64,000 nucleotides of DNA from Myxococcota bacterium (lineage in GTDB: Bacteria > Myxococcota_A > Polyangia > Polyangiales > Sandaracinaceae). Numbering within the stretch: position 1 is the first letter of the stretch; the number at the start of each line of letters is the position of its first letter. The notes under the pieces are model-generated. The model worked only from the letters and a program-made list of their open reading frames with translations. It was not told the origin of the DNA and ran no database searches. The translations under genes and the position numbers were made by a program. The stretch lies in assembly GCA_036149055.1 (NCBI GenBank), contig JAYZQJ010000007.1, positions 32,001-96,000 on the forward strand, in the 5' to 3' direction. Positions 17,460-27,175 of this stretch are shown piece after piece.

Positions 17460-18226
17460 TGGAGCTTCGCGTACTCGGCTGTCACGGCGGGGAGACCCCG
17501 CGGCACAAGACCTCGAGCTTCCTGCTCGACCAGCGCGTCGCCATCGACGCCGGCGCGGTCACGAGCATGCTCGAGCTGTCCGAGCAGAAGAAGGTCGAGA
17601 CGGTGCTCGTCAGCCACGCGCACCTCGACCACATCAAGGACCTCGCCACCCTGGCCGACAACCGCTGCCAGCAGGGCGGGCCGACGCTCACCATCGCCGG
17701 CGTCCCGGCGACCATCGCGGTCCTGCGCGACCACTTCTTCAACGACCTGCTCTGGCCGGACTTCTCCAAGATCCCCGCCGGGGACGGGCCGACGCTCCGC
17801 TTCCAGGAGCTCGAGCCGGAGAAGCCCACCCAGCTCGGCGACGTCGAGGTCCGCGCGGTGATGGTCGACCACACCATCGACACCTCGGCCTTCGTGGTCC
17901 GCAACCACGAGGGCGCCATCGCCTACAGCGGCGACACCGGCCCGACCGACCGCTTCTGGGAGGTGCTCGCGCAGACCGAGGATCTGCGGGCGCTCCTGAT
18001 GGAGGTCTCCTTCCCCGACGAGCACCACAAGCTCGCGAAGGTCTCCGGCCACCACACCCCCGAGACGCTCGCCAAGGACCTCGCCAAGCTCGACGGTCAG
18101 CGCGGGCTGCCGGTGCTGCTCTATCACATCAAGCCGGTCTTCGAGGGCGTGGTGGAGAAGCAGCTCACCAAGGTGCGCGGTCAGAACATGGAGATCTGCC
18201 GCCTCGGTGACCAGTTCCTCTTGTGA
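17459..18226 (+). CDS. class II 3',5'-cyclic nucleotide phosphodiesterase (metallo-beta-lactamase fold)
   Basis: VLGCHGG, IDAG, SHAHLDH, GDTGPT, EVSFP, HHTP, YHIKP; TGATG coupling to the Crp gene. Confidence 0.88.
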   Translation: MELRVLGCHGGETPRHKTSSFLLDQRVAIDAGAVTSMLELSEQKKVETVLVSHAHLDHIKDLATLADNRCQQGGPTLTIAGVPATIAVLRDHFFNDLLWPDFSKIPAGDGPTLRFQELEPEKPTQLGDVEVRAVMVDHTIDTSAFVVRNHEGAIAYSGDTGPTDRFWEVLAQTEDLRALLMEVSFPDEHHKLAKVSGHHTPETLAKDLAKLDGQRGLPVLLYHIKPVFEGVVEKQLTKVRGQNMEICRLGDQFLL

Positions 18227-18242
18227 GCCTAGGCTCCGGCCC

Positions 18243-18761
18243 ATGCGTACGCTGATGATGGTGACCGCCCTCGCGCTCAGCGCGTGCGGGGCGACCCAGT
18301 CCGGCTCGGGCGGGCTCCTCTCCGAGGGCGACCCGGCGCCGGACTTCGTGGCCCAGGACCAGGACGGAGAGATCCGTCAGCTCCGCGCGATCCGCGGCGA
18401 CCGGCCGGTGGTGCTCTTCTTCTATCCGCGCGACGGAACCCCCGGGTGCACCGCCGAGGCCTGCGCCTTCCGCGACGCGTGGGATCGCATCGAGGCCACC
18501 GGCGCGACGGTGGTGGGCGTGTCGACCGACGACGTCGCCGCCCACCGCGCCTTCGCCGAGGAGCACGGCCTCCAGTTCACGCTGCTCGCCGATCCCGAGG
18601 GCGAGATCCTCGAGAAGTACCGCGTGCCCAGCCGGATGGGCATGGCGGCGCGGCTCACCTACCTCATCGACGGCGAGGGCCGCGTCGCGCGCGTGTTCCC
18701 GGACGTCGACCCGGCGGTGCACGTCGACGAGGTGCTTGCCGCCATCGCTGCGCTCGAGTGA
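18243..18761 (+). CDS. bcp: peroxiredoxin (BCP type) with a lipoprotein signal
   Basis: LSAC lipobox; FYPRDGTPGCTAEAC. Confidence 0.88.
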   Translation: MRTLMMVTALALSACGATQSGSGGLLSEGDPAPDFVAQDQDGEIRQLRAIRGDRPVVLFFYPRDGTPGCTAEACAFRDAWDRIEATGATVVGVSTDDVAAHRAFAEEHGLQFTLLADPEGEILEKYRVPSRMGMAARLTYLIDGEGRVARVFPDVDPAVHVDEVLAAIAALE

Positions 18762-18904
18762 AGCGGTTGCGCGTCGAAGGCCTGACATCGCTGTCGGGGT
18801 CCCCACGCCCTCGTTCGGGGGTGGTGAGGCGAAAGCGCAGTCGATTTCTTGCCCGATCGTGGCGCATCCCCTCATGGCTAGAGGCGGGGCGCCTCGGCCC
18901 GGCG

Positions 18905-18921
18905 TTGGATCGGTCGTTGCA
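18905..18921 (+). promoter_or_regulatory. putative sigma54 promoter
   Basis: TTGGATCGGTCGTTGCA gives GG-N10-GC, 40 bp before ATG 18962. Confidence 0.55.
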
Positions 18922-18961
18922 CTCCCATGGTCGCGAGAGCGACGAGCGAGGGAGCCGGGAC

Positions 18962-19273
18962 ATGATGCACGCCAACGACAGCCGAGAGCAGATCCTCATC
19001 CGCCGGGCGCGCCGCCACGCGCGCAAGGGCGACTACCGAAAGGCGGCCATCGCGCTGCGAGAGCGCGTGGCCCTGCGCGGAGACGCCGCGTCCTGGGTGG
19101 CGCTGGGCGACATGCTGCGCCGCGCCCGCCGCGTCCCCGAGGCGGTGAAGGCGCTCAAGCAGGGCATGTTCCTGCACCGTCAGAAGGGCGCCGACGGCCG
19201 GGTCCGCACCGTGGCCCGCATGCTCGTCGCGCTCGACCCGTGGGACTCGAAGCTCGCCGACATGGTCGCCTGA
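18962..19273 (+). CDS. small TPR-like protein
   Basis: GDYRKAA...WVALGDML...EAVKALKQ helical repeat; GAGGGAG upstream. Confidence 0.75.
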   Translation: MMHANDSREQILIRRARRHARKGDYRKAAIALRERVALRGDAASWVALGDMLRRARRVPEAVKALKQGMFLHRQKGADGRVRTVARMLVALDPWDSKLADMVA

Positions 19274-19304
19274 GCCGAGAACGACACGCTCCCCTCACGC
19301 TCGA

Positions 19305-19335
19305 AGAGCCGGCCCCTCACCGAGGGACCGGCTCT
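19305..19335. terminator. hairpin between convergent genes
   Basis: AGAGCCGGCCCCTC-ACC-GAGGGACCGGCTCT. Confidence 0.6.
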
Positions 19336-19356
19336 CTCACGTTCGACCGATCGGCG

Positions 19357-20751
19357 TCACTCGGAGCCCTGGATGACCCCCATCGCCGAGTCGTGCGCCC
19401 GACGGATCACCGCGGCGGGCGGCTCGGCGGACGGCGCCTCCTCCGCCTCGTAGGCGTAGTCCGAGTCCGGGGCGGCCGAGGGCGCCATCGACGGGAGCGC
19501 CTGGCCGAGCACGCGCATGCTGCCCACCTGCTCGCGCACCGCCTCGTCGTGCGCGTACTGCTGCGCCTGGCGCTCGGCGCGGTCGAGGATGGCCCGGGCC
19601 TGGGCGATGTCGCCCTCGCGGGCCCGCTCGATCGCCTCCACCGTCTGCACCGCGGCGAGCATCCGGGCGGCGGCGCGCTCGACCTCCTCGTCGCGCCCCG
19701 ACTCCATCTGGGCGGTGTCCCCGGTGGCGCGGGCGCCGAGGAAGACCCGCCGCTCGAGCCGGCCCGCGTCGACCAGCGCGTCGTCGAAGGTGAGCACCGC
19801 GTCCATCAGCTCCACGACCGCGCCCTCCCGCCGCGGATCGGCCTGCAGGCGCACGATGACGTCGCGGCTCTCGCCTTCGCTCACGTCGCCGAGGGCCACG
19901 CGCACCGCGCCGCCGCCCGCCTGCATCGGCTGCCCCACCACGCCGGCGATGCGCACGCCGGGTCCGGGCCGGAGCTCGAGGGTCAGGTTGCGGGCGAGCA
20001 GGCGCTCGAAGCGGAGCACCTCGTCGCGGAACACGCCCGCGACCTGCTCGGACGCCTCGACGAAGTGGAAGCGGCCGCCGCTGCGCTGGGCGATGTGGCC
20101 GAGCAGGGTCTCGTCGTAGTCGAGCCCGAGGCCGAGGGCGGTGATGCGGATGCCGCGCTCTCCGGCCGCCTGGGCGAGCGGCAGCACCGAGGTCGCGTCG
20201 TTCGGCACGCCGTCGCTGAGCAGGACCAGGCGGTTGATGCCCTCCGGCTCGTAGTGCCCGACCAGCTCCTCGAGCCCGGCGCGCAGGCCGCCCGCGAGGT
20301 CGGTGGTGCCGCGCGCCTCCATGCGGCCGATCTCGCGGCGCAGCTCGCTCAGGTCGGCGCCCTCGAGCTGGGTCGACGGCAGCAGCACCTCGGTCTCGGA
20401 GTGGAACACGACCACCGAGAGCCGGTCCTGCGGGCGCATGATCTCGAGCAGGTCGAGCGCGGCCGCGCGGGCGTCGCCGATCGGCGCGCCGTCCATCGAG
20501 CCTGAGGTGTCCATCACCAGCGCGAGGTTGATCGGCGGGCGCCGCGCGTTCTCGAGCGCTCGGGTCTCGATGCGGATGCGCGAGATCACCTCCGCGCTCT
20601 GCCCCGCCATCACGTAGGCGTTGCCCAGGTCGCCGTGCAGGACGACCACCTCCGGGTCCTCGCCCTCCGGCGCCACGTCCGCGCCACCGCACGCGGCCAG
20701 CGCGAGCCCCAGGATCATCAGCCAAGCCAGTCGAGTCGTTCGCATCGTCAT
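19357..20751 (-). CDS. VWA-domain lipoprotein (YfbK-like)
   Basis: LAAC lipobox; MIDAS DTSGS, GTTD, LLSDG. Confidence 0.88.
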   Translation of the reverse strand: MTMRTTRLAWLMILGLALAACGGADVAPEGEDPEVVVLHGDLGNAYVMAGQSAEVISRIRIETRALENARRPPINLALVMDTSGSMDGAPIGDARAAALDLLEIMRPQDRLSVVVFHSETEVLLPSTQLEGADLSELRREIGRMEARGTTDLAGGLRAGLEELVGHYEPEGINRLVLLSDGVPNDATSVLPLAQAAGERGIRITALGLGLDYDETLLGHIAQRSGGRFHFVEASEQVAGVFRDEVLRFERLLARNLTLELRPGPGVRIAGVVGQPMQAGGGAVRVALGDVSEGESRDVIVRLQADPRREGAVVELMDAVLTFDDALVDAGRLERRVFLGARATGDTAQMESGRDEEVERAAARMLAAVQTVEAIERAREGDIAQARAILDRAERQAQQYAHDEAVREQVGSMRVLGQALPSMAPSAAPDSDYAYEAEEAPSAEPPAAVIRRAHDSAMGVIQGSE

Positions 20752-20833
20752 CCTCCCGTGGCCCGGTCGAGACGAGCGATGCGGCGTTCGGGTCTAACGA
20801 ATCTCGTCCGGCTTCGGTACGCTGTGCGACCGC

Positions 20834-22396
20834 ATGGCTGTCCGGCTCACGCTCGCGCTCCTCCTGCTCTTCACGGCGGCGGGCTGCGACGCGGGGGTGA
20901 CCCTGGTGGTGCAGCTGCGCACCGATCTGGTGCCCGGCCGCGAGCTGGCGCGGATCGAGACCGACGTCGAGGTCGGCGGGGTCGTGCAGACGACGTGGGT
21001 GACGCCGACCGCCGACGCGGACGAGGAGACCCTCTTCCGCGCCGCCGAGCTCGACGGGCTCGCCCCCGACCGGGCGCGCCCGATCACCCTTCGCCTCTTC
21101 GGGCCGGACGGCCGCGCGCTCGCCACCCTGCGCAGCCTCGCCAACAACCGCGAGTCCCGGGTGGTGACCCTGACGTTCACCCGGAACTGCCTCGGCGTGG
21201 AGTGCGCCGACGACGAGCGCTGCCTCGACGCCCAGTGCGTGGACGCCCGCTGCCTCACCGGCGTCGAGCCCGAGTGCGCGGGGGGCTGCGACTGCGCCCC
21301 GCTGAGCGAGTGCGACGACGCGCGCTGCGTCGAGGGCGCCTGCCTGCACCGGGCGAACGACGCGGTCTGCGAGGGCGTGTGCGCGCCCGAGGTCGGCTGC
21401 GAGGCGGCGCCGACCGACGCGGGCCCGCCGCCGATGGACGCGGGGCCGGGAGACGCCGGTCCGATCGACGCTGGGCTTCGAGACGCCGGGATCGACTCCG
21501 GACCCGGAGACTCGGGCCTTCGCGACTCGGGCCTTCGCGACTCGGGGATCGACTCCGGACCCTCCGACAGCGGGGTCTCGGTGTGTCGGGCGACGCCGAC
21601 GTCCTGCGACTACGTGCTGCAGGACTGCGGCGGCGGTCAGGGCTGCTTCCCGATCACCTCGGGCGGGCGGGTGAACGCGCGCTGCCGGACGTCGGGCAGC
21701 GGCCGCGGCGGCGCGGCTTGTAGCGGCCACGCCGACTGTCAGCCTGGCTTCCTGTGCAACGACGGCGAGTGCACTCCGCTCTGCTGCCCGGGCGAGGGGC
21801 GCACGTCGTGCCCGGGATCCCGTCGGTGCGAGCCGATGGTGGACGGCTACGTCGGGCTCTGCCTGCGGAACCGGGACTGCGATCCGCTCGACCAGACCGG
21901 CTGTGTGCCCGGCCGGGCCTGCTACTACCGCGACATGACCCGCAGCACCGTCGACTGCGAGCCGCCGGGCGCCGGCACCGACGGCGACGCCTGCACCGAC
22001 TCGAGCGACTGCGCGCCGCGCTTCGTGTGCACCGGGCGCTGCCGGCGGCACTGCGACAACGGCGGCTGCCCGTCCGGGTATCGCTGCTCGGACGCGCCCG
22101 GGCTGCCGTACGGCGAGTGCTACCCGATGGAGTGCGACCCGATCGCGCAGACCGACTGCGCGCCCACCGAGAGCTGCTACCCGACCGGGAGCCAGACCGC
22201 CTCGTGCCTGGTGCCGGTCGACAGTCGCTCGGAGGGCCAGACCTGCACCTACGTCAACGAGTGCGCGGCCGGCCTCGTGTGCAGCGGCGGCCGATGCCGG
22301 CGGACCTGCCGCGCCGGCTCGGGGGGCTGCCCGGCGGGCACGTCCTGCGTGGCCTTCGCCGGCCCGACCCCGCGCGAGTACGGCGCCTGCCAGTGA
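20834..22396 (+). CDS. Cys-rich modular surface lipoprotein
   Basis: AAGC lipobox; LRTDLVPG N-domain; D(A/S)G linker; three C-terminal Cys-rich units (CDP..QT.C....CY). Confidence 0.85.
   Translation: MAVRLTLALLLLFTAAGCDAGVTLVVQLRTDLVPGRELARIETDVEVGGVVQTTWVTPTADADEETLFRAAELDGLAPDRARPITLRLFGPDGRALATLRSLANNRESRVVTLTFTRNCLGVECADDERCLDAQCVDARCLTGVEPECAGGCDCAPLSECDDARCVEGACLHRANDAVCEGVCAPEVGCEAAPTDAGPPPMDAGPGDAGPIDAGLRDAGIDSGPGDSGLRDSGLRDSGIDSGPSDSGVSVCRATPTSCDYVLQDCGGGQGCFPITSGGRVNARCRTSGSGRGGAACSGHADCQPGFLCNDGECTPLCCPGEGRTSCPGSRRCEPMVDGYVGLCLRNRDCDPLDQTGCVPGRACYYRDMTRSTVDCEPPGAGTDGDACTDSSDCAPRFVCTGRCRRHCDNGGCPSGYRCSDAPGLPYGECYPMECDPIAQTDCAPTESCYPTGSQTASCLVPVDSRSEGQTCTYVNECAAGLVCSGGRCRRTCRAGSGGCPAGTSCVAFAGPTPREYGACQ
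21413..21573 (+). repeat. intragenic D(A/S)G pentapeptide-type repeat, including a 15-bp tandem GACTCGGGCCTTCGC x2.5 (21509-21546)
   Basis: PTDAGPPPMDAGPGDAGPIDAGLRDAGIDSGPGDSGLRDSGLRDSGIDSGPSDSG. Confidence 0.8.
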
Positions 22397-22399
22397 CGG

Positions 22400-22439
22400 A
22401 AAGAGAACGGGGCGGCACCCAGAAGAGGGGCCGCCCCGT
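22400..22439 (-). terminator. intrinsic terminator with minus-strand polarity
   Basis: Minus strand reads ACGGGGCGGC...GCCGCCCCGT followed by TCTCTTT. Confidence 0.7.
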
Positions 22440-22461
22440 GTGCTCGGAAACCGGAGGAGGA

Positions 22462-22533
22462 TCAGCTCGTGCGCTGCACCTCCAGGGCACGGGTCCGAGC
22501 ATGGTCGTTACCAATCATAGAGCTGTGGTTCAC
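22462..22533 (-). CDS. putative 23-aa sORF (MNHSSMIGNDHARTRALEVQRTS)
   Basis: Strong GGAGGAGGG SD, A-rich 9-nt spacer, GTG start, TGA stop. Confidence 0.45.
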   Translation of the reverse strand: MNHSSMIGNDHARTRALEVQRTS

Positions 22534-22747
22534 GTTTCGTTTCCCTCCTCCGGCGTGAGCCGGCGTCCCGGGGGCCTGGCCGTCCAACGCGGGCCGGCCC
22601 TCCTGCAGACGTTCCTGGGTGGGAGCGCTCTCCACCATGGAGAGCGCTCGCGTCATCGCGGCACGATTCCGAAAGGATTTCACACCATTGTGGGGAGGCT
22701 TTCCCATCGGCCGCGGCCCGCCGGGTCGACGAAATCGACCCAACGGC

Positions 22748-22756
22748 AAGATAACA
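22748..22756 (-). promoter_or_regulatory. putative extended -10 promoter (TGtTATCTT)
   Basis: Lies 6-7 nt upstream of the 5' hairpin GGGTCGA-TTTCG-TCGACCC. Confidence 0.45.
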
Positions 22757-22943
22757 CGCGACGTCCCCGATGCTTTCCAACCGCGCACATTTCGTACGGT
22801 CGGCCAGTGAGGCGGGAGCGCGATGAATCGCTGAAACCACAAAGATTTCAAACGCATCACCTGAATGGGGGCGATCCCGTGTCGGGCGGCGTGGACGGAT
22901 CCGTCGTGGTCCGATCGGGCGCTTCGTGCGATGGTCGCCGGCC

Positions 22944-23465
22944 ATGAAGCGCCACGACGCCGACTCCGCCGAGGTCCGGGTGTTCACCTACAAGGAGGGG
23001 CTGCTCTCCGCGGTGGCCCACGACCTCCAGCTCGAGGTGACCCGGTTCGAGATCGAGGTCGGGGAGGACCGGGCCATCGCCGCGACCTTCGATCCGAGGT
23101 CCATCCGCGTGCTCGACGCGATGGTCGACGGCCGCCTCTCGCCCGGCACCCTGGGCGCGAAGGACAAGGAGAAGATCCAGGGCAACATCGTCAAGGACGT
23201 CATCCCCGTCCGGAAGCACCCCGAGATCCGCTTCGAGTCCACCGAGGTGCGGGAGGTCGACGCCGGCTGGGAGATCCGCGGCAAGCTGACCCTCGCCGGG
23301 CGCACCCGGGACATCACCGTCCCGGTGCACCGTGACGACGGCCACTGGATCGGCGAGGTCTCGATCCACCAGCCCGACTGGGGCATCAAGCCCTACAGCG
23401 CCATGCTCGGCGCCCTCAAGCTCCAGCCCGGCGTGAAGGTCCGCGTCCGCGTCCCCGCGGAGTGA
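22944..23465 (+). CDS. YceI-like protein
   Basis: LLSAVAHDL, HPEIRFES, GKLTLAG, WGIKPYSA. Confidence 0.85.
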   Translation: MKRHDADSAEVRVFTYKEGLLSAVAHDLQLEVTRFEIEVGEDRAIAATFDPRSIRVLDAMVDGRLSPGTLGAKDKEKIQGNIVKDVIPVRKHPEIRFESTEVREVDAGWEIRGKLTLAGRTRDITVPVHRDDGHWIGEVSIHQPDWGIKPYSAMLGALKLQPGVKVRVRVPAE

Positions 23466-24572
23466 TCACACGTTGAATCTGAAGTGGACGACGTCGCCGT
23501 CCTTCACTTCGTAGGCCTTGCCCTCGATGGCGAGCTTGCCGGCGGAGCGGACGGCGGACTCGGCGCCGAGCTCGACGAGGTCCTTCCAGCTCATGACCTC
23601 GGCCTTGATGAAGCCGCGCTCGAAGTCGCTGTGGATCTTGCCGGCCGCCTGCGGGGCCTTGGTGCCGCGCTTGATGGTCCAGGCGTGCACCTCGGGGTCG
23701 CCCGCGGTGAAGAAGGTGATCAGGTCCAGCATCCGGTAGCCGGTGCGGATCACCGAGTTCAGGCCCGGCTCCTCGAGGCCGACGCTCTCGAGGAACTCGA
23801 CCCGATCCTCGTCGGGGAGCTGCATGATCTCCGCCTCGATCTTGGCGCTGATCACCACGACCGGGGCGCCCTCCTTCTCGGCCCGCGCCTTCACCGCGCC
23901 GACGAGCGGGTCGTCGTCCTCACCGAGCTGCTCCTCCTTCACGTTGCACACGTAGAAGTGGGGCTTGTTCGTCAGGAGGAACATGTCGCGGACGACGCCC
24001 TTGCTGTCGTCGTCGAGCCCCTCCTGGTCGAAGGAGCTGGCCAGCTTCCCCTCGTTGAGGTGGGCGGCGAGCGGCTCGCAGACCTCGACCGCCTTCTTCT
24101 CCAGGGCGTTGTTGCCCTTGGCGGCGCGGCGCGCCTTGTCGAGGCGCTTCTCGACCGTCTCGAGGTCCTTGAGCACGAGCTCGGTCTCGATGGTCTCGAT
24201 GTCGGCCACCGGATCGACCCGGTTGTCGACGTGGAGCACGTTGTCGTCCTCGAAGCAGCGCACCACGTGGGCGACCGCGTCCGCCTCGCGGATGTTGCTG
24301 AGGAACGCGTTGCCCTTGCCTTCGCCCTTGGAGGCGCCGCGCACGAGCCCGGCGATGTCCACGAAGTCCACCGTGGCCGGCACGACCTTGGCGGGCGAGA
24401 AGAGCTTCACGAGCGCGTCGAAGCGAGGGTCCGGCACCGGGACGACACCCACGTTGGGCTCGATGGTGCAGAAGGCGTAGTTGGCCGCCTCCGCCTGCTT
24501 CTCGGAGAGGGAGTTGAAGAGGGTCGACTTGCCCACGTTGGGCAGACCCACGATGCCTACGGAGAGACCCAT
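23466..24572 (-). CDS. ychF: ribosome-binding ATPase YchF
   Basis: GIVGLPNVGKSTLFN, FCTIEPN, DIAGLV, IHSDFERGFIKAE, HFRFNV. Confidence 0.97.
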   Translation of the reverse strand: MGLSVGIVGLPNVGKSTLFNSLSEKQAEAANYAFCTIEPNVGVVPVPDPRFDALVKLFSPAKVVPATVDFVDIAGLVRGASKGEGKGNAFLSNIREADAVAHVVRCFEDDNVLHVDNRVDPVADIETIETELVLKDLETVEKRLDKARRAAKGNNALEKKAVEVCEPLAAHLNEGKLASSFDQEGLDDDSKGVVRDMFLLTNKPHFYVCNVKEEQLGEDDDPLVGAVKARAEKEGAPVVVISAKIEAEIMQLPDEDRVEFLESVGLEEPGLNSVIRTGYRMLDLITFFTAGDPEVHAWTIKRGTKAPQAAGKIHSDFERGFIKAEVMSWKDLVELGAESAVRSAGKLAIEGKAYEVKDGDVVHFRFNV

Positions 24573-24750
24573 GCCGTCCTCGATGAATGGGGGGCTGGCT
24601 CAATAGCGCGGCGGGGCCGGCCGGGGCAACCGGGCCGAGGGGGTTCTCGCTGCCCTTCGAGGCGCTATGGTGGGGCCAGCGGTTCTTTCCTCTGTGACAC
24701 CGGTGGGTCACGAAGTCGTTGCCCGAGCATTCCAGCTTCGCGGGGCCTTG

Positions 24751-25437
<687 letters not shown>

Positions 25438-25474
25438 TTCTCGCGAGATCGGGGGTACCCTCCGACGCGGACTC

Positions 25475-27175
25475 ATGACCCGGAGCCTGCGCGCCCGTCT
25501 GCTGGGCTCGATGTTCGTCGTCACCGCGCTCGTCGTGGGGGCGGCGCTGTTCATCGCCGATCCGCTCGTGCGTGAGCGGGCGCGGGACGACGTGCTCCGG
25601 GCCCTCGAGCGCGCCGCCGAGGAGGTCGCGTCGGAGCCCGCTGCGATCGGGGTCGAGGCGGTCCGGGTCGCGGCCAGTCACGGGGCGATGGTCACCTGGA
25701 TCGCGCCCGACGGGCAGGTCCTCGCCGACACCGGCGGGCCGAGCCGGGGCGCGGGCGACCTCGACCACGTGCGCCACGCCGGCCGGGACGTGCGCGAGAC
25801 GCGCGACGACGAGGGCCGCCGGTGGCTGCAGCTCAGCGTGGCGAGGCCGGACGGCAGCGTGGTGCGGGTGGCGCGGCTGTTCCCCGAGAAGAGCGCGGCC
25901 CGCACGACCATGTGGCAGGTGCTGCTGCTGGCCGGCTTCCTCGCCTTGCTCGCCTCGGCGCTGCTGGCCGAGTACCTCACCCGCTCGCTGGCCGTCCCGC
26001 TGGCCGAGATGACGCGCGCCGCCCACGCCCTCGAGGACGGCGACATGAGCGTCCGGGTCCGATCCCGGCGGAGCGACGAGATCGGGCAGCTCGGCGCGGC
26101 GATCGACCAGATGGCCGACCAGCTCCAGGAGCGATACGAGGCGGTGCGCCGGGAGGAGCAGCGGCTGCGCACCATCCTCGACGCGATGATCGAGGGCGTC
26201 TTCGTGACCGACGCGAACGGCCGGATCGTGCTGACCAACGCCGCGCTCACCCGGCTGGCCGGCGACGACCTCGAGGGGCGCACCGCGGTCGAGGCCATCC
26301 GCAGCGCCGAGCTCCACGGCGCCGTCCGGCGAGCGACCTCGGGGGAGTCGGGCGCGGTCGACTTCGAGATGTCGGCGGGCGGGCGCCGCCGCTCGATCGC
26401 CGCCCAGGTCGCGCCGCTCGAGGGCCGCGAGGGGGTCGTGGCGGTGCTGCACGACGTCACCCAGCTCAAGCGGGCGGACGCGGTGCGCCGCGACTTCGTC
26501 GCCAACGCGAGCCACGAGCTGCGCACGCCGCTCACGGCGATCCGTGGCTTCGCCGAGACCCTGCAGAGCGGCGCGATGAAGGACGAGCGCATGGCCACCC
26601 GCTTCCTCGGCAACATCGCCGACAACGCCAAGCGGCTCGAGAGCCTGGTGGGTGACCTCATCGAGCTCAGCAAGGCCGAGTCCCCGGACAGCCGCGTCGA
26701 CCTGATGGCGACCGACGTCGTGCAGGCCATCGCGAAGGTGCTCGGCGGGCTCGAGACGCGGGCGGCCGCCAAAGGACAGCAGCTCGAGCTGCAGAACGCG
26801 GGCGCGGTCCTCCGGGCCTGGGCCGACGCGCGCGCCCTCGATCAGGTGCTGCTCAACCTGGTCGACAACGCCATCAAGTACACGCCCGAGGGAGGCCGCG
26901 TGACCGCGTCGGCGCGGCGCGAGGACGACAAGGTGATCGTCGAGGTGCGGGACACCGGTCCGGGGATCTCACGCGCCCACCTCGATCGGATCTTCGAGCG
27001 CTTCTACCGCATCGACAAAGGCCGCGCGCGCGAGCAGGGCGGCACCGGGCTCGGCCTCAGCATCGTCAAGCACCTCGTCACGCGCATGGACGGAGAGGTC
27101 GCGGTCGAGAGCGAGGTCGGCGAGGGCACGACCTTCCGCGTCATCCTGCAGGCCACGGCTCACTCGAGCGATTGA
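25475..27175 (+). CDS. phoR: PhoR-like sensor histidine kinase (TM-HAMP-PAS-HisKA-HATPase)
   Basis: RRDFVANASHELRTPLT, NAIKYT, FERFYRIDKGR, GGTGLGL. Confidence 0.88.
   Translation: MTRSLRARLLGSMFVVTALVVGAALFIADPLVRERARDDVLRALERAAEEVASEPAAIGVEAVRVAASHGAMVTWIAPDGQVLADTGGPSRGAGDLDHVRHAGRDVRETRDDEGRRWLQLSVARPDGSVVRVARLFPEKSAARTTMWQVLLLAGFLALLASALLAEYLTRSLAVPLAEMTRAAHALEDGDMSVRVRSRRSDEIGQLGAAIDQMADQLQERYEAVRREEQRLRTILDAMIEGVFVTDANGRIVLTNAALTRLAGDDLEGRTAVEAIRSAELHGAVRRATSGESGAVDFEMSAGGRRRSIAAQVAPLEGREGVVAVLHDVTQLKRADAVRRDFVANASHELRTPLTAIRGFAETLQSGAMKDERMATRFLGNIADNAKRLESLVGDLIELSKAESPDSRVDLMATDVVQAIAKVLGGLETRAAAKGQQLELQNAGAVLRAWADARALDQVLLNLVDNAIKYTPEGGRVTASARREDDKVIVEVRDTGPGISRAHLDRIFERFYRIDKGRAREQGGTGLGLSIVKHLVTRMDGEVAVESEVGEGTTFRVILQATAHSSD

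Larger units (their letters stand above)
22400..22741 (-). ncRNA. candidate ~340-nt structured RNA or small-peptide mRNA
   Basis: Extended -10 upstream, 5' hairpin, several perfect stems, SD/anti-SD pair and terminator; no known family recognised. Confidence 0.5.

Noticed and set aside
22400..22860. Retron msr-msd (msDNA) interpretation of the hairpin-rich region
   Set aside because: There is no reverse transcriptase gene nearby and no clear a1/a2 repeat enclosing the region.
22462..22860. 132-aa version of the sORF
   Set aside because: It has atypical composition and crosses the predicted promoter and stems; the only strong SD is in front of GTG 22533.
22826..22885. c-di-AMP (ydaO) riboswitch or tmRNA 5' end (ATCGCTGAA...GGGGGCGA)
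   Set aside because: The other conserved blocks are missing: no CCCGAACCCGTCAGCTAAC-like segment, no tag ORF and no tRNA-like 3' end.
24693..24712. CRP site or Pho box upstream of phoB (TGTGAC...GTCACG)
   Set aside because: The spacing is N10 rather than the CRP N6, and there is no 11-bp-period direct repeat.
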